DNA from: Paecilomyces variotii
Taxonomy: Eukaryota
Reading direction: 5' to 3' (one strand)
Assembly: GCA_004022145.1 (NCBI GenBank)
Contig: RCNU01000007.1
Length of the DNA: 64,000 nt
Shown piece by piece: positions 25,101 through 37,760 of this stretch (positions are counted from its first letter, which is position 1; every line of letters begins with the position of its first letter). The translations under genes were made by a program, and so were the position numbers. The notes beneath the pieces were generated by a model. That model was not told the origin of the DNA. It searched no databases and worked only from the letters and a program-made list of their open reading frames with translations.

Positions 25101-26785
25101 TACACGTACACAGACAGACCATCCGGGCTCTCAGCAGCGACAAGGAATGGCGGGGACGGCACAACGCGCCGTTAATCAGTAAGCAGTACCATGCCGCTCA
25201 GGAGTCAGATCCACTGCCATCAAGACCAAAGTGGCAGGGGTTGAAAAGGACGAAAGGAACAAAAAGACGGAGTACATGAATAATGTTGTTCAGCAGCAGC
25301 CCATGTCTGCGACAGCACCAGGTCGTTTTAAGGGTCCACTACACCTGTCGCGTAGGTTTCTTTGTCCGGCGTTTATACTGACTAGATAGGCCCGTAAGCA
25401 ATCCTGGATCTTCTGCAGTGGGATGTGATAGGGACAGATGCGATGTCGATTCTGCGACCAGACAGCGTCATCCCGCATTATCACGAAGAAGCCTCTTCGG
25501 CTCGCTTCTTGAATTGTTGTTCAAGAAGTTGGCCCCAGTGGATGGTCACCTTAGAGGCTTAGTCGCACTCTCGCTAGGTTGGATGAAACCGCCGAATAGG
25601 ATTGATTGATTGACTTGCTCTAGTCCTCGGTGACTGTGACAGTTTGCAGACCCTGGTCACATTTTCCGGATCTCATAGATCGAGCCTTGTCAAAGCGGTT
25701 GTTACCAGGTAATTATGATAATAAACACATGGCTTGGAGTCCTGAACCGACAGAGAGCATGGGAGGTGAACTTTAGATGGCTGCGCCTCGATGAAAGTGG
25801 CTTGCGTCTATCTAGGTAGGGCCGTAGGCCGTGTTGACTCGTGCAACCGATGTTGCTTTCTTTCTGACCGACTGCATAGTTAGTTACGAGGTCGGCTTGC
25901 AAAGCTATCGTAGTAGTATGGAGTATGGACCCCGTGTCTGGCCCCGTTCCCTATGGCCGGAAATGGTATCTACGCATCGGGCGAAAGGCATCACTCAGCA
26001 AAGTCCATACAGTAACTACAACAAACTTGTGGTCCGTATCTCCCACAATATTGAGCTTCTAAATTTCATTTCCCCCCAACCTTGCAGCAATAATGCAGTC
26101 AGGATCAGCTGTGTGTGAGAAACAACCGTCAGTCATTCCGGTCGGGGGGTCCTGATCCACCATCCCTGGCCCATATCATGTCCTGGTGAGCTGTGTCCGA
26201 TGCACGTTGCCAACCATGGAGACATGATAATAACTGTCAGATCAAGGTTGCGATAAATCAGTATCACGACGTAACCTATCTTTGTCCTTCGGGGACGTGT
26301 CAGCACCTAGTCACCTGGCAGATGGAAGATCAAGAGGAGTGATATGTTGCAGTACTAGACTACTGCCCGTGTTCAAATCACCTATGACAGTATGACTTAG
26401 CTCAGATCGAATAACTAGCCTTTCGGATCGCTGGTCCAAGCTGACATGCAGCGACAATGCGCCTTGGTTGGAGCGATCAGACGTACATACATTCCTACCT
26501 TACCCCTTCGCCGGTGCCAGAGCTGCATCATGTCAAGATCGACTCCTATCCCGGGATTGGATAATGGATCATGGATAGATTGGCGCCTGCGACCTTCTGA
26601 TGTCTGTGTTACTGTTCCTCGATTCCATAGGCTTCCGCACTGCCTGCCACGGAAGTGGAGATGGTAGAAATTCTCCTTTCGCCTGCACCATGTCTAGTAA
26701 CCTTACATATGGTTTTACTTTGGACCTGTACTTAGACTAGCTGCGTCGGCAACACCCGACTGCAGCAAGCAGCTTTGTCTCCGTG

Positions 26786-27061
26786 TAGGGATGGTGAAAT
26801 ATTGAAATGGGGGGTCAATTTCACGAAACGTGAAATTTCAACCCTTTTTTTCGTTTCGAAATTCGAAACGCACGGACCATAAGTGGGGCGCACTTATTAC
26901 AAATTAGGAAACACGGAGAGTAAATCAGCTAATAATAATTCAGTTAGGTGGTTACTAATTGATTAGTAACATTTCAAAATTTCACACATTTCATTTCATG
27001 AAATTCAGACCCCCAAATTTCATGAAATTTCTGAAATTTTGAATTTCAAATGCCATCCCTA
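26786..27061. mobile_element. Non-autonomous hAT-type element (MITE), 276 bp
   Basis: TIR TAGGGATGG...CCATCCCTA; identical 8-bp flanking direct repeat TCTCCGTG (26778-26785, 27062-27069); arrays of subterminal TGAAAT/ATTTCA; no ORF. Confidence 0.85.
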
Positions 27062-28279
27062 TCTCCGTGGCATTTATCTTACTTTACTACTCCGTACCCC
27101 TCGCTCTCCTTGAGATACGTAGCGCGGGGATCGGCACGAGAGAGCACCGCGCGTTCTGCTGAGACCTATGTTTCTGTAACATCGCTACTCCATACCTTAG
27201 TCTACTACTAATTTGCTCAGAGGGAAGTTCACACTGGCTGATTGTTGCGCGCCCAGAACCTTGTTGACATCAATGTCATTTGATCAGGCTAAATGCAAGG
27301 TCTCGGTCAGCAACGCTCTTTCAGCAGCTAGGTGTTCATCAATGGACCCTTCTAGGTTTCTGGTCATGTGTACGGAGTATCACCGAGTGCGCGTGGAGAG
27401 AATAGACTAGCTATCACTTTTTCTGCAGCCATGGATTGATTATACGTACCTAACAGAGATCAGCAAAAGAGGAGAGGAATTAGGATCGTCCTTGTCAGGA
27501 CCTACGCACGAGCGTGCTGTGGATTGTTTTGTTTTTTTGGTGATGCGCTAGTTATTCAAAGTGTGCATCAGTTTTATATTTTTATATTTGGGCTTGACCT
27601 TGCAGTGGTCCTCATGATGGTCTTGGCCTCTGAAGGCTCTGATGCACACCCCTTACTTCCTCTGAGTCTGGGGTGATCTAAATATACAGACACGCGCCGC
27701 ATGAGCTCGCTTCGGCTTAGGCAGCTAGCTAATCAACGTTTACAAATCTATCTACGGAGTAGACGCTGTCCTAGAGTAAACTGAGCAGAATATAAAACAT
27801 CTTTCACAAACTGAACATCCAAGGATATGGAAATAATTCTAAATGTGGTAATAACTTTCCCGTGGTATTGAAAGTCCATGCGGGCAGTGTATACCTATCA
27901 CCGTCGGAGATAGGTTATTTGGCAACGAAAGTATCTATTCTGATAATAAACACGAAGCTGTAATAACATCAATAGTCGTTCTCCCGCCGCGGTCTTCTGC
28001 GTGTGCTTTTCACGAGTTGACAGTTATCATCTGTATACCAAGTGCCTGTCTCCCTCAGAAAGAGCGGACCAGTAACATTTGTATCATAGGCATTTATATG
28101 CCTCCTTAGTCGCGTAGTTATTATCTCGATATTATCACCGTTTATCTAATCAACGAAGGTATTAGCTTTCCGTGGAGCGCCTTCCCCCTTAGTACGAATA
28201 TAAATCGAACGATCTATGAGAGTAGCCAAAATGCAAGTCTAGCTGCTGGGTCTCCATCGTTAGCTTCTAGGGCCAAATA

Positions 28280-29690
28280 TCAAGGGTAGCTGTCAAGAAT
28301 GAACAACTGCTTGAATGCGTATCTGGTTACGAAAGTCATATAAATCAGTGCTATCATATTGACGAAAAGTGGAACTCTGTCTCCCATGTCTGAATTCCGG
28401 AACGTCAACAGGTAGCATAGCATCCACTTCGATGTGGGAGATCGATTCAGGTCTTCCACGTAAGATACTAATTCGCCTACATGATATGTCAATCATGGAA
28501 AGGAAACGGGCTGACATTGAGAGATATGATCTTCTTGCCTCTCTATGATATATGCAGTCAGTCCACCATAGTCGATTTCTCTCCTCTAAAGTCTATGGAT
28601 CACATTCAGTCCCAGTATACTTCCTGTGCATACCATTCTGGATAACAACTCTGATAGCAAGACCAAGATGTGTACATGCGAGCCCCTTGCAAATCTAGGT
28701 ATAATGTATGATTTCCCTAATAGGAGACACGCTTGGACGCTCTCTGTAGAAGCAATAGTAATGAGATTCGGGAGCAGCTTGTAGGCAATGCGATATAGTG
28801 AGACACCTACGTTATTCTCGCTCGGTCCATCATCCTTGTCCGGCGCAAGATCTCTCAGATCCCTTGCCTTGAACTTATTTTCGTTCACATGTGCAAATTG
28901 AGTTCCGATAGCAAGAGCCATCAATACGCTGCACTCTCGGCGGAAGGCATGCCACCGAAGCAGTGATTAGAGATAAAGGAGACTGAAGCCGTGTAGCTCT
29001 GGAGTATTCCCTTATTCCCATCTTATTATCATGGATTTCCTGATGGGTAGAGAGTTAACTAGTGCATACCTGGAAGTTCCGAGATCAACGAACCATACAT
29101 ACCTCTGCGGTGCGAGAACTCTCTAGATGCTGGTAAACTCTCCGCCTAACACATTGGGGGGAACTCCAATGAGGAAGTTCACCTGAGTAATCTCTACTTT
29201 GAGATTGGAATATATGCGATTCGTGGATATCCATTTTATATACGTGCAATGTTATCAGGGAGCGTTTTCGCAGTAAAATTATCTCCATTAATCTCAGGTC
29301 CACCTTCATTATCGCACCCAAGTTCTTCTATCATGGGATGCCATTCATCGTCCTCATTTTACTGTATTTTCTCGGAAATATTACGAACGTCAATAATAAT
29401 ATTTCCAGGAAAATGCCGAGAAATTCGTCCAAGATAGCAAGATGGCAAGTCTTCTCATCTCTAGTCAAATTTCTATGTTACGATATTAGAAAACAAAAGC
29501 GGCGAATTAATACAATGATCAAGATAATCTTTACCTTTCATTCTGAACTCCCACGGTGTCCACTGGAATCGAAACCTGCGGAGATTCGCACTGCAGATGA
29601 ATTCGAGAGCATCTTTTGTAGGCAATTCCGCCTTCGTATTTTTCTTTGAGCCCACGGCAGATATTACAACTGCGTTTATTTTTCAGTAGA
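28280..29690 (-). pseudogene. Decayed Zn(II)2Cys6 / fungal-specific transcription factor
   Basis: KRSCNICRGLKEKYEGGIAYKRCSRIHLQCE at ~29677-29585; MALAIGTQFAH, ASTESVQACLLLG, QNGMHRKY and LPVDVPEF fragments separated by stops and frameshifts. Confidence 0.8.
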
Positions 29691-30624
29691 GAAGGTCCCA
29701 CTCAGTTAATAGCAAGATCACGGGTGATTTTCCTTATGCGCGTAAAGCTCTCCTTCCTGGAGGATTTGACTCGTCGGGAACTCTAGACGTGATGGCTAGT
29801 AAAATCGCAATACTTCATTGAAGTGCCTCGGTTCATAGACATTAGATGCTAGAAAAGCTCTGTGATTTCAACGAGTTGTCTCAGTGTCAGGTATACCTAT
29901 TCTCTTAAGTCAAGATGATAAGAAGTGGTGGTAGCATAATGCATAAGTTTATCCATCTATCTATAATCGGTAACACTTGGCGAAAATACAGGAACATCCA
30001 GCAAATAGCTCAGAACGGAGATTTATTTACCTATTATATGCAAAGGCTACGGCCTCGAGGAGAGAAGTGCAGTGTATATTATGTGGTCCAGCGAGGCGTT
30101 AGGAATGGTTAAAGTAGACCTAATAGCGTGTGAGGGGTAGCGAGCATATTAGAATATTTTAATACCTTTTATTATTAGCTCATAGTTGGTTCAAATGCTC
30201 CTTCAAATAAGCCAATGTTTTAATTCTCACTGTGTTGTTGACTTAACTGGATGCGGAATATATAAAAGATTCTTCTAGCTTCCGGTTGGCTTTTAATAAT
30301 AGGTATGTATGTACGTACAATTACCTAGTAGGAATATTCATTTCGGAGAAGGGATAATAACACAGAACCATACCGTGGCACTCTTGTTGTGATCACCCGT
30401 ATCGCAGCTCTTCTCATTCCTGGTTCCTTTCATCTAGCGTATACTTACTGAAAACAGGCGAGCGATGTAGCGACGTCATCACCTCCCGCTTCGTCTCCAG
30501 CTCGAACCCCGCGCAGCAAAAGAAATCCGAGTTGCGTTGCCTTTCCCTCTAGCCGTGACTAGAAGGGAATATCAGCAATCGCAATTGTTGTGATAAATCC
30601 GATTGATTCTGTCGCTTTCATAAC

Positions 30625-32454
30625 ATGTCAGGCAGAGATTCAGGTGGTTCTTCTGCCATCGATGATGGAGACGTTGTGAGAGCACCCTCCGCCTTAACCG
30701 TAGGACCGGTAGCTAACGTGATGAAATCTATCAAGTTTCACGAGAGTGGCAGCGATTCTGAGATTCACAAGCAACTAGAGGTAAGCTGGTATTCTTTTTC
30801 CTGTCAATTTTTCCATTTCGGCCTCTTATCGTGCTTTTGACGATTCTAACTCCGGTTCGTAAAGGTAGTCTTCCGCCCGGACAATAACCACCGACGAAAA
30901 TCGTCCCTTGTCGACGTTGATAACCCCAAGATCGCACGGCGCCGTGATCTAAGCGACCGGAATACTGCTTGCTTCGTTCATTCCCTTCTCTCCGGAGAAT
31001 GGGAACCGCCAAGCAACAGACTCGAAGACATTGAGGAGGCCAGAAGCCAGCCGGCCGACGAGCCTAACAATGATGCGACCCATTTGACTGAAGCAGACAA
31101 CGTGTCCATCATCGATTATGCGAAAAAGCAGGCGGATGAGGCAATTCCATCCGTCGTGGAGTCTCGGCATCTCACAAAGAAGCAATTGTCCGACATGGCT
31201 TGGAATGTGCGCAAGCTATCGAAGAAACTGGGGAGTGTCAAGCTAAAGCTCTCTGTGAAGACTGTTTTCCTGGTGACGAAAGCGCATGACGAATCTTTGG
31301 TGAGCTTGACCAGACGGGTTTGCCAATGGCTTCTCTCGACGGAGCGGGATAAGCCTTACATCGTTTACGTGGAGGAGAGACTTCAAAAACATCCGGACTT
31401 CGATGCAGATGGTTTGATTCGAGATGAACCGGCTGCCGCAGGCAGGTTAAAATACTGGGACAACCAACTGGCTCATGACCAGCCACATATATTTGACTTC
31501 GTCGTCACGTTAGGTGGTGACGGGACGGTTTTATATACCAGCTGGCTGTTCCAGCGTATCGTCCCGCCAGTCCTCTCATTCTCTCTAGGTTCACTTGGTT
31601 TCCTAACCAAATTTGACTTCGATCACTACGAAAGCACACTTACCAGTGCCTTCCGAGATGGTGTTGTGGTGAGCCTGAGGTTAAGATTCGAATGCACGGT
31701 TATGCGAGCCAAGCAGCAGATTGTGGATGGAGAGGACAATGCTCATGGCCCCAAGAAGAGAGACTTGGTAGAGGAACTGATTGGTGAGGAATATGAAGAC
31801 TGCGTGACGCATACTCCGGACAAGGTATTTGAAATTCTGAACGATGTCGTCCTTGATCGCGGCCCCAATCCCAGTACGTATCTGGTTAGACCTCACCTGC
31901 GGTTCTGGTGTATAGATTGCTGACTGAGATATATAGCAATGTCTGCCATCGAGTTGTTTGGCGATGATGAGCATTTTACGACCGTCCTGGCTGACGGTGT
32001 CTGTGTCTCTACTCCTACTGGATCAACTGCTTACAATCTCGCTGCGGGAGGATCTCTCTCGCATCCGGAGAACCCCGTCATGCTTGTAACGGCCATCTGT
32101 GCCCACACGCTGTCGTTCAGACCTATCATTCTGCCGGATACGATCGTCCTGCGAATGGGTGTACCGTATGACGCGCGTACCACTTCATGGGCAAGCTTTG
32201 ACGGACGGGACAGGTGAGCTCGCCTTAGCGAGGAATTTACGACTGATGGTTCAGGCTGACAATGGGATATTAGACTTGAGTTACACCCGGGTGACTATGT
32301 CACAATCTCGGCGTCTCGATATCCATTTGCGAATGTCCTACCGCCCGGGCGGCGGAGTGAGGACTGGGTTCACAGCATCTCGAAGACACTCAATTGGAAT
32401 TCAAGACAGAAACAGAAAGCCTTCAAAGAAGGCCCTTCCGACAGCGCATCATGA
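30625..32454 (+). CDS. NAD(+)/NADH kinase (Utr1/Yef1-like); 4 exons
   Basis: TLGGDGTVL, FSLGSLGFLT, LNDVVLDRG, ADGVCVSTPTGSTAYNLAAGG; introns 30781-30864, ~31874-31936, ~32214-32272. Confidence 0.93.
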
Positions 32455-32746
32455 GCGCGACGGAGACATTACTCTAAATACCGTGTAGCTGAAGTGGTTT
32501 GGATCGTGAAAATAGACCCTTCTGCATCTGTAAATATGGTGCACTTCAGACTTGCGTAGTTATTCATGAAGATGACCAAGATTTCGTATTGAACGATAAA
32601 ATAGAAAATACCAGTCTTTTCTATTATTATTGTCAAGATGGCTCGTTATCATTACCCACCGCAAGGGAATCGTAAAACTCAACAGAACTATTATTTTGAT
32701 TCTAGATTTTCTTTTAGTTGAGGACACAGCGGGGCTCTTTTTCTCA

Positions 32747-32749
<3 letters not shown>

Positions 32750-32779
<30 letters not shown>
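32750..32779 (+). repeat. Poly(T)30 homopolymer
   Basis: Read directly from the sequence. Confidence 0.9.
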
Positions 32780-32780
<1 letters not shown>

Positions 32781-34238
32781 GCGGTTCTCTAGAAGCTTCC
32801 CGTTCGCTATAACGGTGTCCGGGTGGGGAGTGATGGTTTCCCCGGCAGCCTCGCTTAAAATATAAAATATAAAAGGCCCAGCTGCCCTCCCGAAAAGTTT
32901 TCTCTTTCTCATCCACATCTTTCACTCACGCGACGTTCGACAGAACAATCCCCCTGCCAGCAAGCTTCGCAGTCAGCGAGGAGAAAAATGAGTCTCTTGT
33001 ATCTGTCTGGCTATTGAGCTGCTGACAGGGAACAATGTGAAAAAGGAAGGAAAGGAAAAAAAAAAAAGGAACTTGCCGATCAAAGATCTCTGCTCTGGCA
33101 GACTTTGCTAACCAGTCAAAGACCAGCCATCTCGACTGACCATTTCTTTCGGTAAGTTCTTACACTTTTGTCTTGTCTTGTCATGGTCAAATACACCCTC
33201 CTTTCTATATGATGAAAATTCCTTCCACATTCGCAGTTTCCACGCTAGCACGTCGCCATAAGAACCCATCTTTAGACGTGCTCTGTGCGCGAATATCTTC
33301 CTTGGATGTCTGATTCTATCCACAAAAAAATTTGCATTTGTTGATCATGGCTCGCGATTCGACATTCTCAGGAATCGGAAGTGCTAATGACTTGCGCAGT
33401 TTAGGTATTTTTATTTTGCGGCCCAGAAGATTCTGTTTATAACATATCCACTGGGTTTGATCGACGATCTTTATTTGGTAGTCTTGTACATATCTATCAC
33501 GAGGAGGATACACTGGTTACTATGGGGCAAGGGAGTCGAATTTTTCCTCGTGCTGTTTAGTCGCAAGGCAGGCTTCGTTGTAGCTCGTGTAAATTTAGGA
33601 TACCCGGTCTGTTGAATGCATTGAGAATCCCGCAACGATTTCGATTTCATGTTCTTGAAAAGCTTTTGCATACTGTAGGCTGCGGAGTAAATCGACTCTT
33701 GTAAGGATGTTTGCCAATAATTTCACCCAAGTGAAGCCGTATGATGCAAACCGTAAACCCCTTGAAATGACATCCAATGTGTCAAAACGCATTGATCAAC
33801 GTACTTTAAACACTTCGTATCACTGTCAGAATATTATTCTTCTTGCAGAAGTAATAGGTGGTGGCTTGATGCTACTTCTTCAGGACTGCATCAGCCGGTA
33901 GTCTGCTCCGCCGTATTGATTAACTACGGGGAGCGGAAGCTAGAGACATGCGGAGATACATCGATCTCTCTCCAGTACACATACGGAGGCAGCACCGCAA
34001 TGCCACGATGATGCATTCTTAGGAATAGGCACGAAGTGATATCTATGCCCCAGTTGCCAATCGTCGATCTCCTAAGTACCTTTCGACATTCTATCACCCG
34101 CCGACTAACCCGCGGTCCACCACCACCACGACTATCTACGTTACAACAATAACTGACACCCTGCAAACCTATACCCTCCTTATTCCCATTGCATCCCATT
34201 AAACTCTTTCAACTGAACACTGCATACCAAACGGCATC

Positions 34239-35212
34239 ATGTCAACGTCCTCTACCGCCCGCCACTCCATCATCTCGAACAGCGGCAGCGGTTCCAACAT
34301 CGCAGGCGCCAACGAGAAGCCATATCAACACCATCCCTCGCAATCAGTATTGACAATCCACCAGGCCAGTTCGCCAGGCCTGCGTGTGCCATCGAACCGC
34401 AAGACCATCTACGATAGACATCTGAATCGGAGTCGAAATGCGGATCTGAGCCGCGCGAGCTTTGCGTATCTCTTTGCGGAGATGGTTACGTATGCGCAGA
34501 GACGGGTTACGGGAATTCAGGACCTGGAGAGAAGGTGAGTTCCTGGATTCGTTGATTCTTCTTGAAGGAGGGAGGGTTCTACAGCATTATTTGCTGGATA
34601 TATGTTATGATTGAGAGGCCAGTTGGGCAGGATAATGGCGTATATCTACTCACATGATGCGATTTGGATGAGTAGCTATAAACCACAAGAAAGAAGATTG
34701 ACCAACTTCTCTCCTTTACCAGATTAAACGAACAAGGCTACCCACTCGGCCTCCGCTTGCTTGATCTCCTCTTCTACCGCTCCGCATCGACGTCGACATC
34801 CTCCTCCCTAACCGCCTCCTCGACGTCTTCGTCACCTCCCAACCGACCCCTCCGCATTCTGCCCCTCCTACATCTTATCCACGGGCCTCTCTGGCGTCTC
34901 CTTTTCCAGCGCCCAGCAGATGCGCTCGAACACTCCGTCTCTCCGCAGACTCCAAACGAGTACATGATCACAGACAACGACCCGTTGGTGAACACGTATA
35001 TTAGCGTGCCCAAGGAAATGAGCATGTTGAACTGTGCGGCTTTCGTGGCTGGTATCATTGAAGGTGTTTGTGACGGGTGTGGTTTCGAAGCAAAGGTCTC
35101 GGCGCATAATCAGGGTACGGAGATGTGGCCATCCCGGACAGTTTTCCTGGTTAGGTTCGGGGATAGTGTAATGGAGAGGGAGAAGATGCTGGAGAGGGCG
35201 GGTGTGAAATAA
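34239..35212 (+). CDS. trs31: TRAPP complex subunit Trs31 (TRAPPC5); 2 exons
   Basis: SRASFAYLFAEMVTYAQRRVTGIQDLERR|LNEQGYPLG...YMITDNDPLVNTYISVPKEMSMLNCAAFVAGIIEG; intron 34535-34722. Confidence 0.92.
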
Positions 35213-35652
35213 TCGAGTCCAAAGGAGATAAGTCATTTGAAACCTAAGGGACATGGAAAAGGAGGGAGACGCTTGATTCCGCAAAAGAGCAAGCATCATG
35301 AGCAGCTTCGGCGTTACTGAGGGGTTATTTCTTCGCGGGGCTCTTTTTCTAGACATTTTGATTCGAGATTATGATTACGGCGAGGCGTTGCACAGAGAAA
35401 GCCATCGAAGAGACTCTTTACGTTTTAATCTTCAAGTTAATAGATTCATGTCAAGATATCGACCAATATACGTTCCGATTGAGAACCGGATAGAAAAAGC
35501 TCTACTTTTGAACTGAAGTATATCTATCGGTCGTTTCTGTCCGTGCCGACTTGAGAACGCCATAAACCAACTTTGTCCATTACAGCCAGTAGTCGCCTTG
35601 AACGCCCGAACAAATGCATGGTTTTCCTTTTAGAAGAACGGAAGTTTCAACC

Positions 35653-37167
35653 TCAATGGACGCTGTCCACCCGCCGCCGCTTATCGCGGTCATCATAGGG
35701 CGATGGAGACCGCTTCCTACGATTCCTGTCATCGTCTCGATACCTGTCTCGGTCACGTCGATCGTCGTCTCTGTAACGACTTCGGTCATTGTAGCGATCT
35801 CTTCTCGGCGAGAAAGATCTAGACCTAGAGCGCCGCCTCGGTGGTGTACGAGAGCGCGAACGTCGCCTTTCTCTGACAGCGCTTGCGTTTGCGCCTGTTG
35901 GTCCTTTGCGACGATCGTCACCGCGATCTGGCATGAATCGCTCATCTTGGACCCCTAGGGGAACATCACGGTCCCTACGAGGTCGGTTGTCGAAGCCTTC
36001 ACCCCATCGACCTGTATCTTCAGATCGCAGATCCCTGTAGCGTGTTCGTCCCTTCTTTCCAAGCTTTGTCATGTCTCGAATCTGCATGTACTGCGGCAGA
36101 GTCTCACGATTGACGTCGTCCGCGAATCGGGCACCCATAACATTACGCTTATCGAGGCCTTCACGCTCCAGATCGTCCTGGAAGAAAGCACCCTTGTGGA
36201 AGTAACGCTGCATGAACCCCGTCTGTCCTCGAGTCGCCTCTCGTTCTTCCTTCTGCTTCTCCAGAAATTCACGGTCTTCACGTTCCCGTTCTTCCGCGGT
36301 CAAGTTGCGACGACGCTCGATCTCTTCGCGTTCCTTCTCTGCAGCTTCGATCGTTTCGCGCTCCCGTTTGATCCGCTTGAGCTCCCGTACTTTCCAGGCT
36401 GCGTATTCAGCTTCAGGGTCCAGCCCGTCCCGATCGTCCAGCGCTTCTTCGTCGCCAGCCAGCTCATCCTCATCCCATTCTTTCTTGCCTGCTGTTTTTG
36501 CAATTGCTTCCTTTTCCAGCTGCTCTCGGACTAGCAGGTCGGCTTTTTCCTGCTTTCTGCGACGCTCCGCCTCAGCTGCGGCATCCGCTCCAGACGTCTC
36601 AGTCTTCGCCGCCGGAGCATCTGCAGCTTGGCCAGCACCGTTATTACGCTTATCCTTCTTGATGAACGTAGGACGTAGTAGAACCCTTCGAGGGGCCTCG
36701 TCTTCGGAACTTTCTTCCTCTTCAGACTCTTCCTCTTCCTCCTCCGATTCTTCCTCTTCACTTTCCTCTTCACTGGCTGCGACGGCCGCAGCAGCAGCTG
36801 TTACTGTCGATGGTCTGGCAGCTTTCGCAGCCTCCTCATCAAGTTCTTCCTCCGTAACGAACCCTTCCTCGTCCTCATCTTCGTCGATTTTCACTTGTTG
36901 CACGCCCTTCGTTATCTTCCCAGCTGCCGCACCTGGAAACGAGGTTGCCTTAGGAGCTTGCTGTCTCTGCTGTTGCTGTCTTCTTCGCTGCGCTTCCTGC
37001 TGCTTGCGTCTTTCCTGCTCGTTGGCCTGCTCCTCCTCCTCCTCCTCCTCCTCTTCTTCTGATGAAGAAGGCTCCTCCGCGATCGCTTTTCCCGGACGAT
37101 AGCGCTTGACAGGCTTGAGAGGGTTGGCAGTCATGCCCCGGTGTTGGGAGGGGAGTGGAGGAGGCAT
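35653..37167 (-). CDS. MFAP1/Spp381-family spliceosomal B-complex protein
   Basis: KRYRPGK, LLRPTFIKK, DPEAEYAAWKVRELKRIKRER, FMQRYFHKGAFF, LPQYMQIR...GKKGRTRY; RS/RD-rich tail. Confidence 0.9.
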   Translation of the reverse strand: MPPPLPSQHRGMTANPLKPVKRYRPGKAIAEEPSSSEEEEEEEEEEQANEQERRKQQEAQRRRQQQQRQQAPKATSFPGAAAGKITKGVQQVKIDEDEDEEGFVTEEELDEEAAKAARPSTVTAAAAAVAASEEESEEEESEEEEEESEEEESSEDEAPRRVLLRPTFIKKDKRNNGAGQAADAPAAKTETSGADAAAEAERRRKQEKADLLVREQLEKEAIAKTAGKKEWDEDELAGDEEALDDRDGLDPEAEYAAWKVRELKRIKRERETIEAAEKEREEIERRRNLTAEEREREDREFLEKQKEEREATRGQTGFMQRYFHKGAFFQDDLEREGLDKRNVMGARFADDVNRETLPQYMQIRDMTKLGKKGRTRYRDLRSEDTGRWGEGFDNRPRRDRDVPLGVQDERFMPDRGDDRRKGPTGANASAVRERRRSRSRTPPRRRSRSRSFSPRRDRYNDRSRYRDDDRRDRDRYRDDDRNRRKRSPSPYDDRDKRRRVDSVH

Positions 37168-37760
37168 GTTGACAGCGGCGATGACCGCAACTGACGTCGC
37201 TGGCGAAAGGCAATTGGCGACTCGAAGCGTGAGACTAAGGTCGAAGATATATGAATCGAAGTCTCTTATATATTGCGACCCGCCAACAGTCCTCTTTTCT
37301 GGAGGTCCTAGACGTTAAGGATGACAGAGTCGTTGGGCTGTCGTTCAGTCCAGGCCTGCGAAGCTTGTGAAAGCGGCGATGTTCAGTCGAGCAGTAGCAT
37401 CACGTGATATATATAGATGTACTGAGCCAGCCATTTTTTTTTTTTTTTTCAGTTTTGGTATGGACACCACTGATTATCATAGATTTGACAGATAGATTCA
37501 ATAACTCAATACTGGATATGAATGTAGCAAGCTTTCTCCAGGACCTAACCTGCTCAAGTGCGCGTTTGCCAGCGAGAGTAACTAGGTACCCAGTCAAGCT
37601 CTACGGACGAAAAACAACCCCTCAGACTCGACGAATCATACAGCTGTCTCTACCAATACCAGCCATATGAAGCAATAAAAGAACCTAGCAAAGTGGTTGT
37701 CATGCTGGTTCAAAGAATCTACTCCAACCCAACACTCTAGATGACCCCGTCAATTAAAAG

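Noticed and set aside
19266..27410. Numerous 60-146 aa ORFs in the gene-free interval
   Set aside because: Overlapping on both strands, often non-ATG starts, no domain-like sequence
30174..30225. ATTAGCTCATAGTTGGTT... resembling a tRNA D-arm
   Set aside because: No T-arm GTTCGA at the right spacing and no acceptor stem
32560..32925. Poly-Lys and poly-Phe ORFs
   Set aside because: Translation artefacts of the T30 homopolymer
36212..37102. 296-aa Ser-rich plus-strand ORF
   Set aside because: Antisense of the Glu/Arg-rich MFAP1 coding sequence
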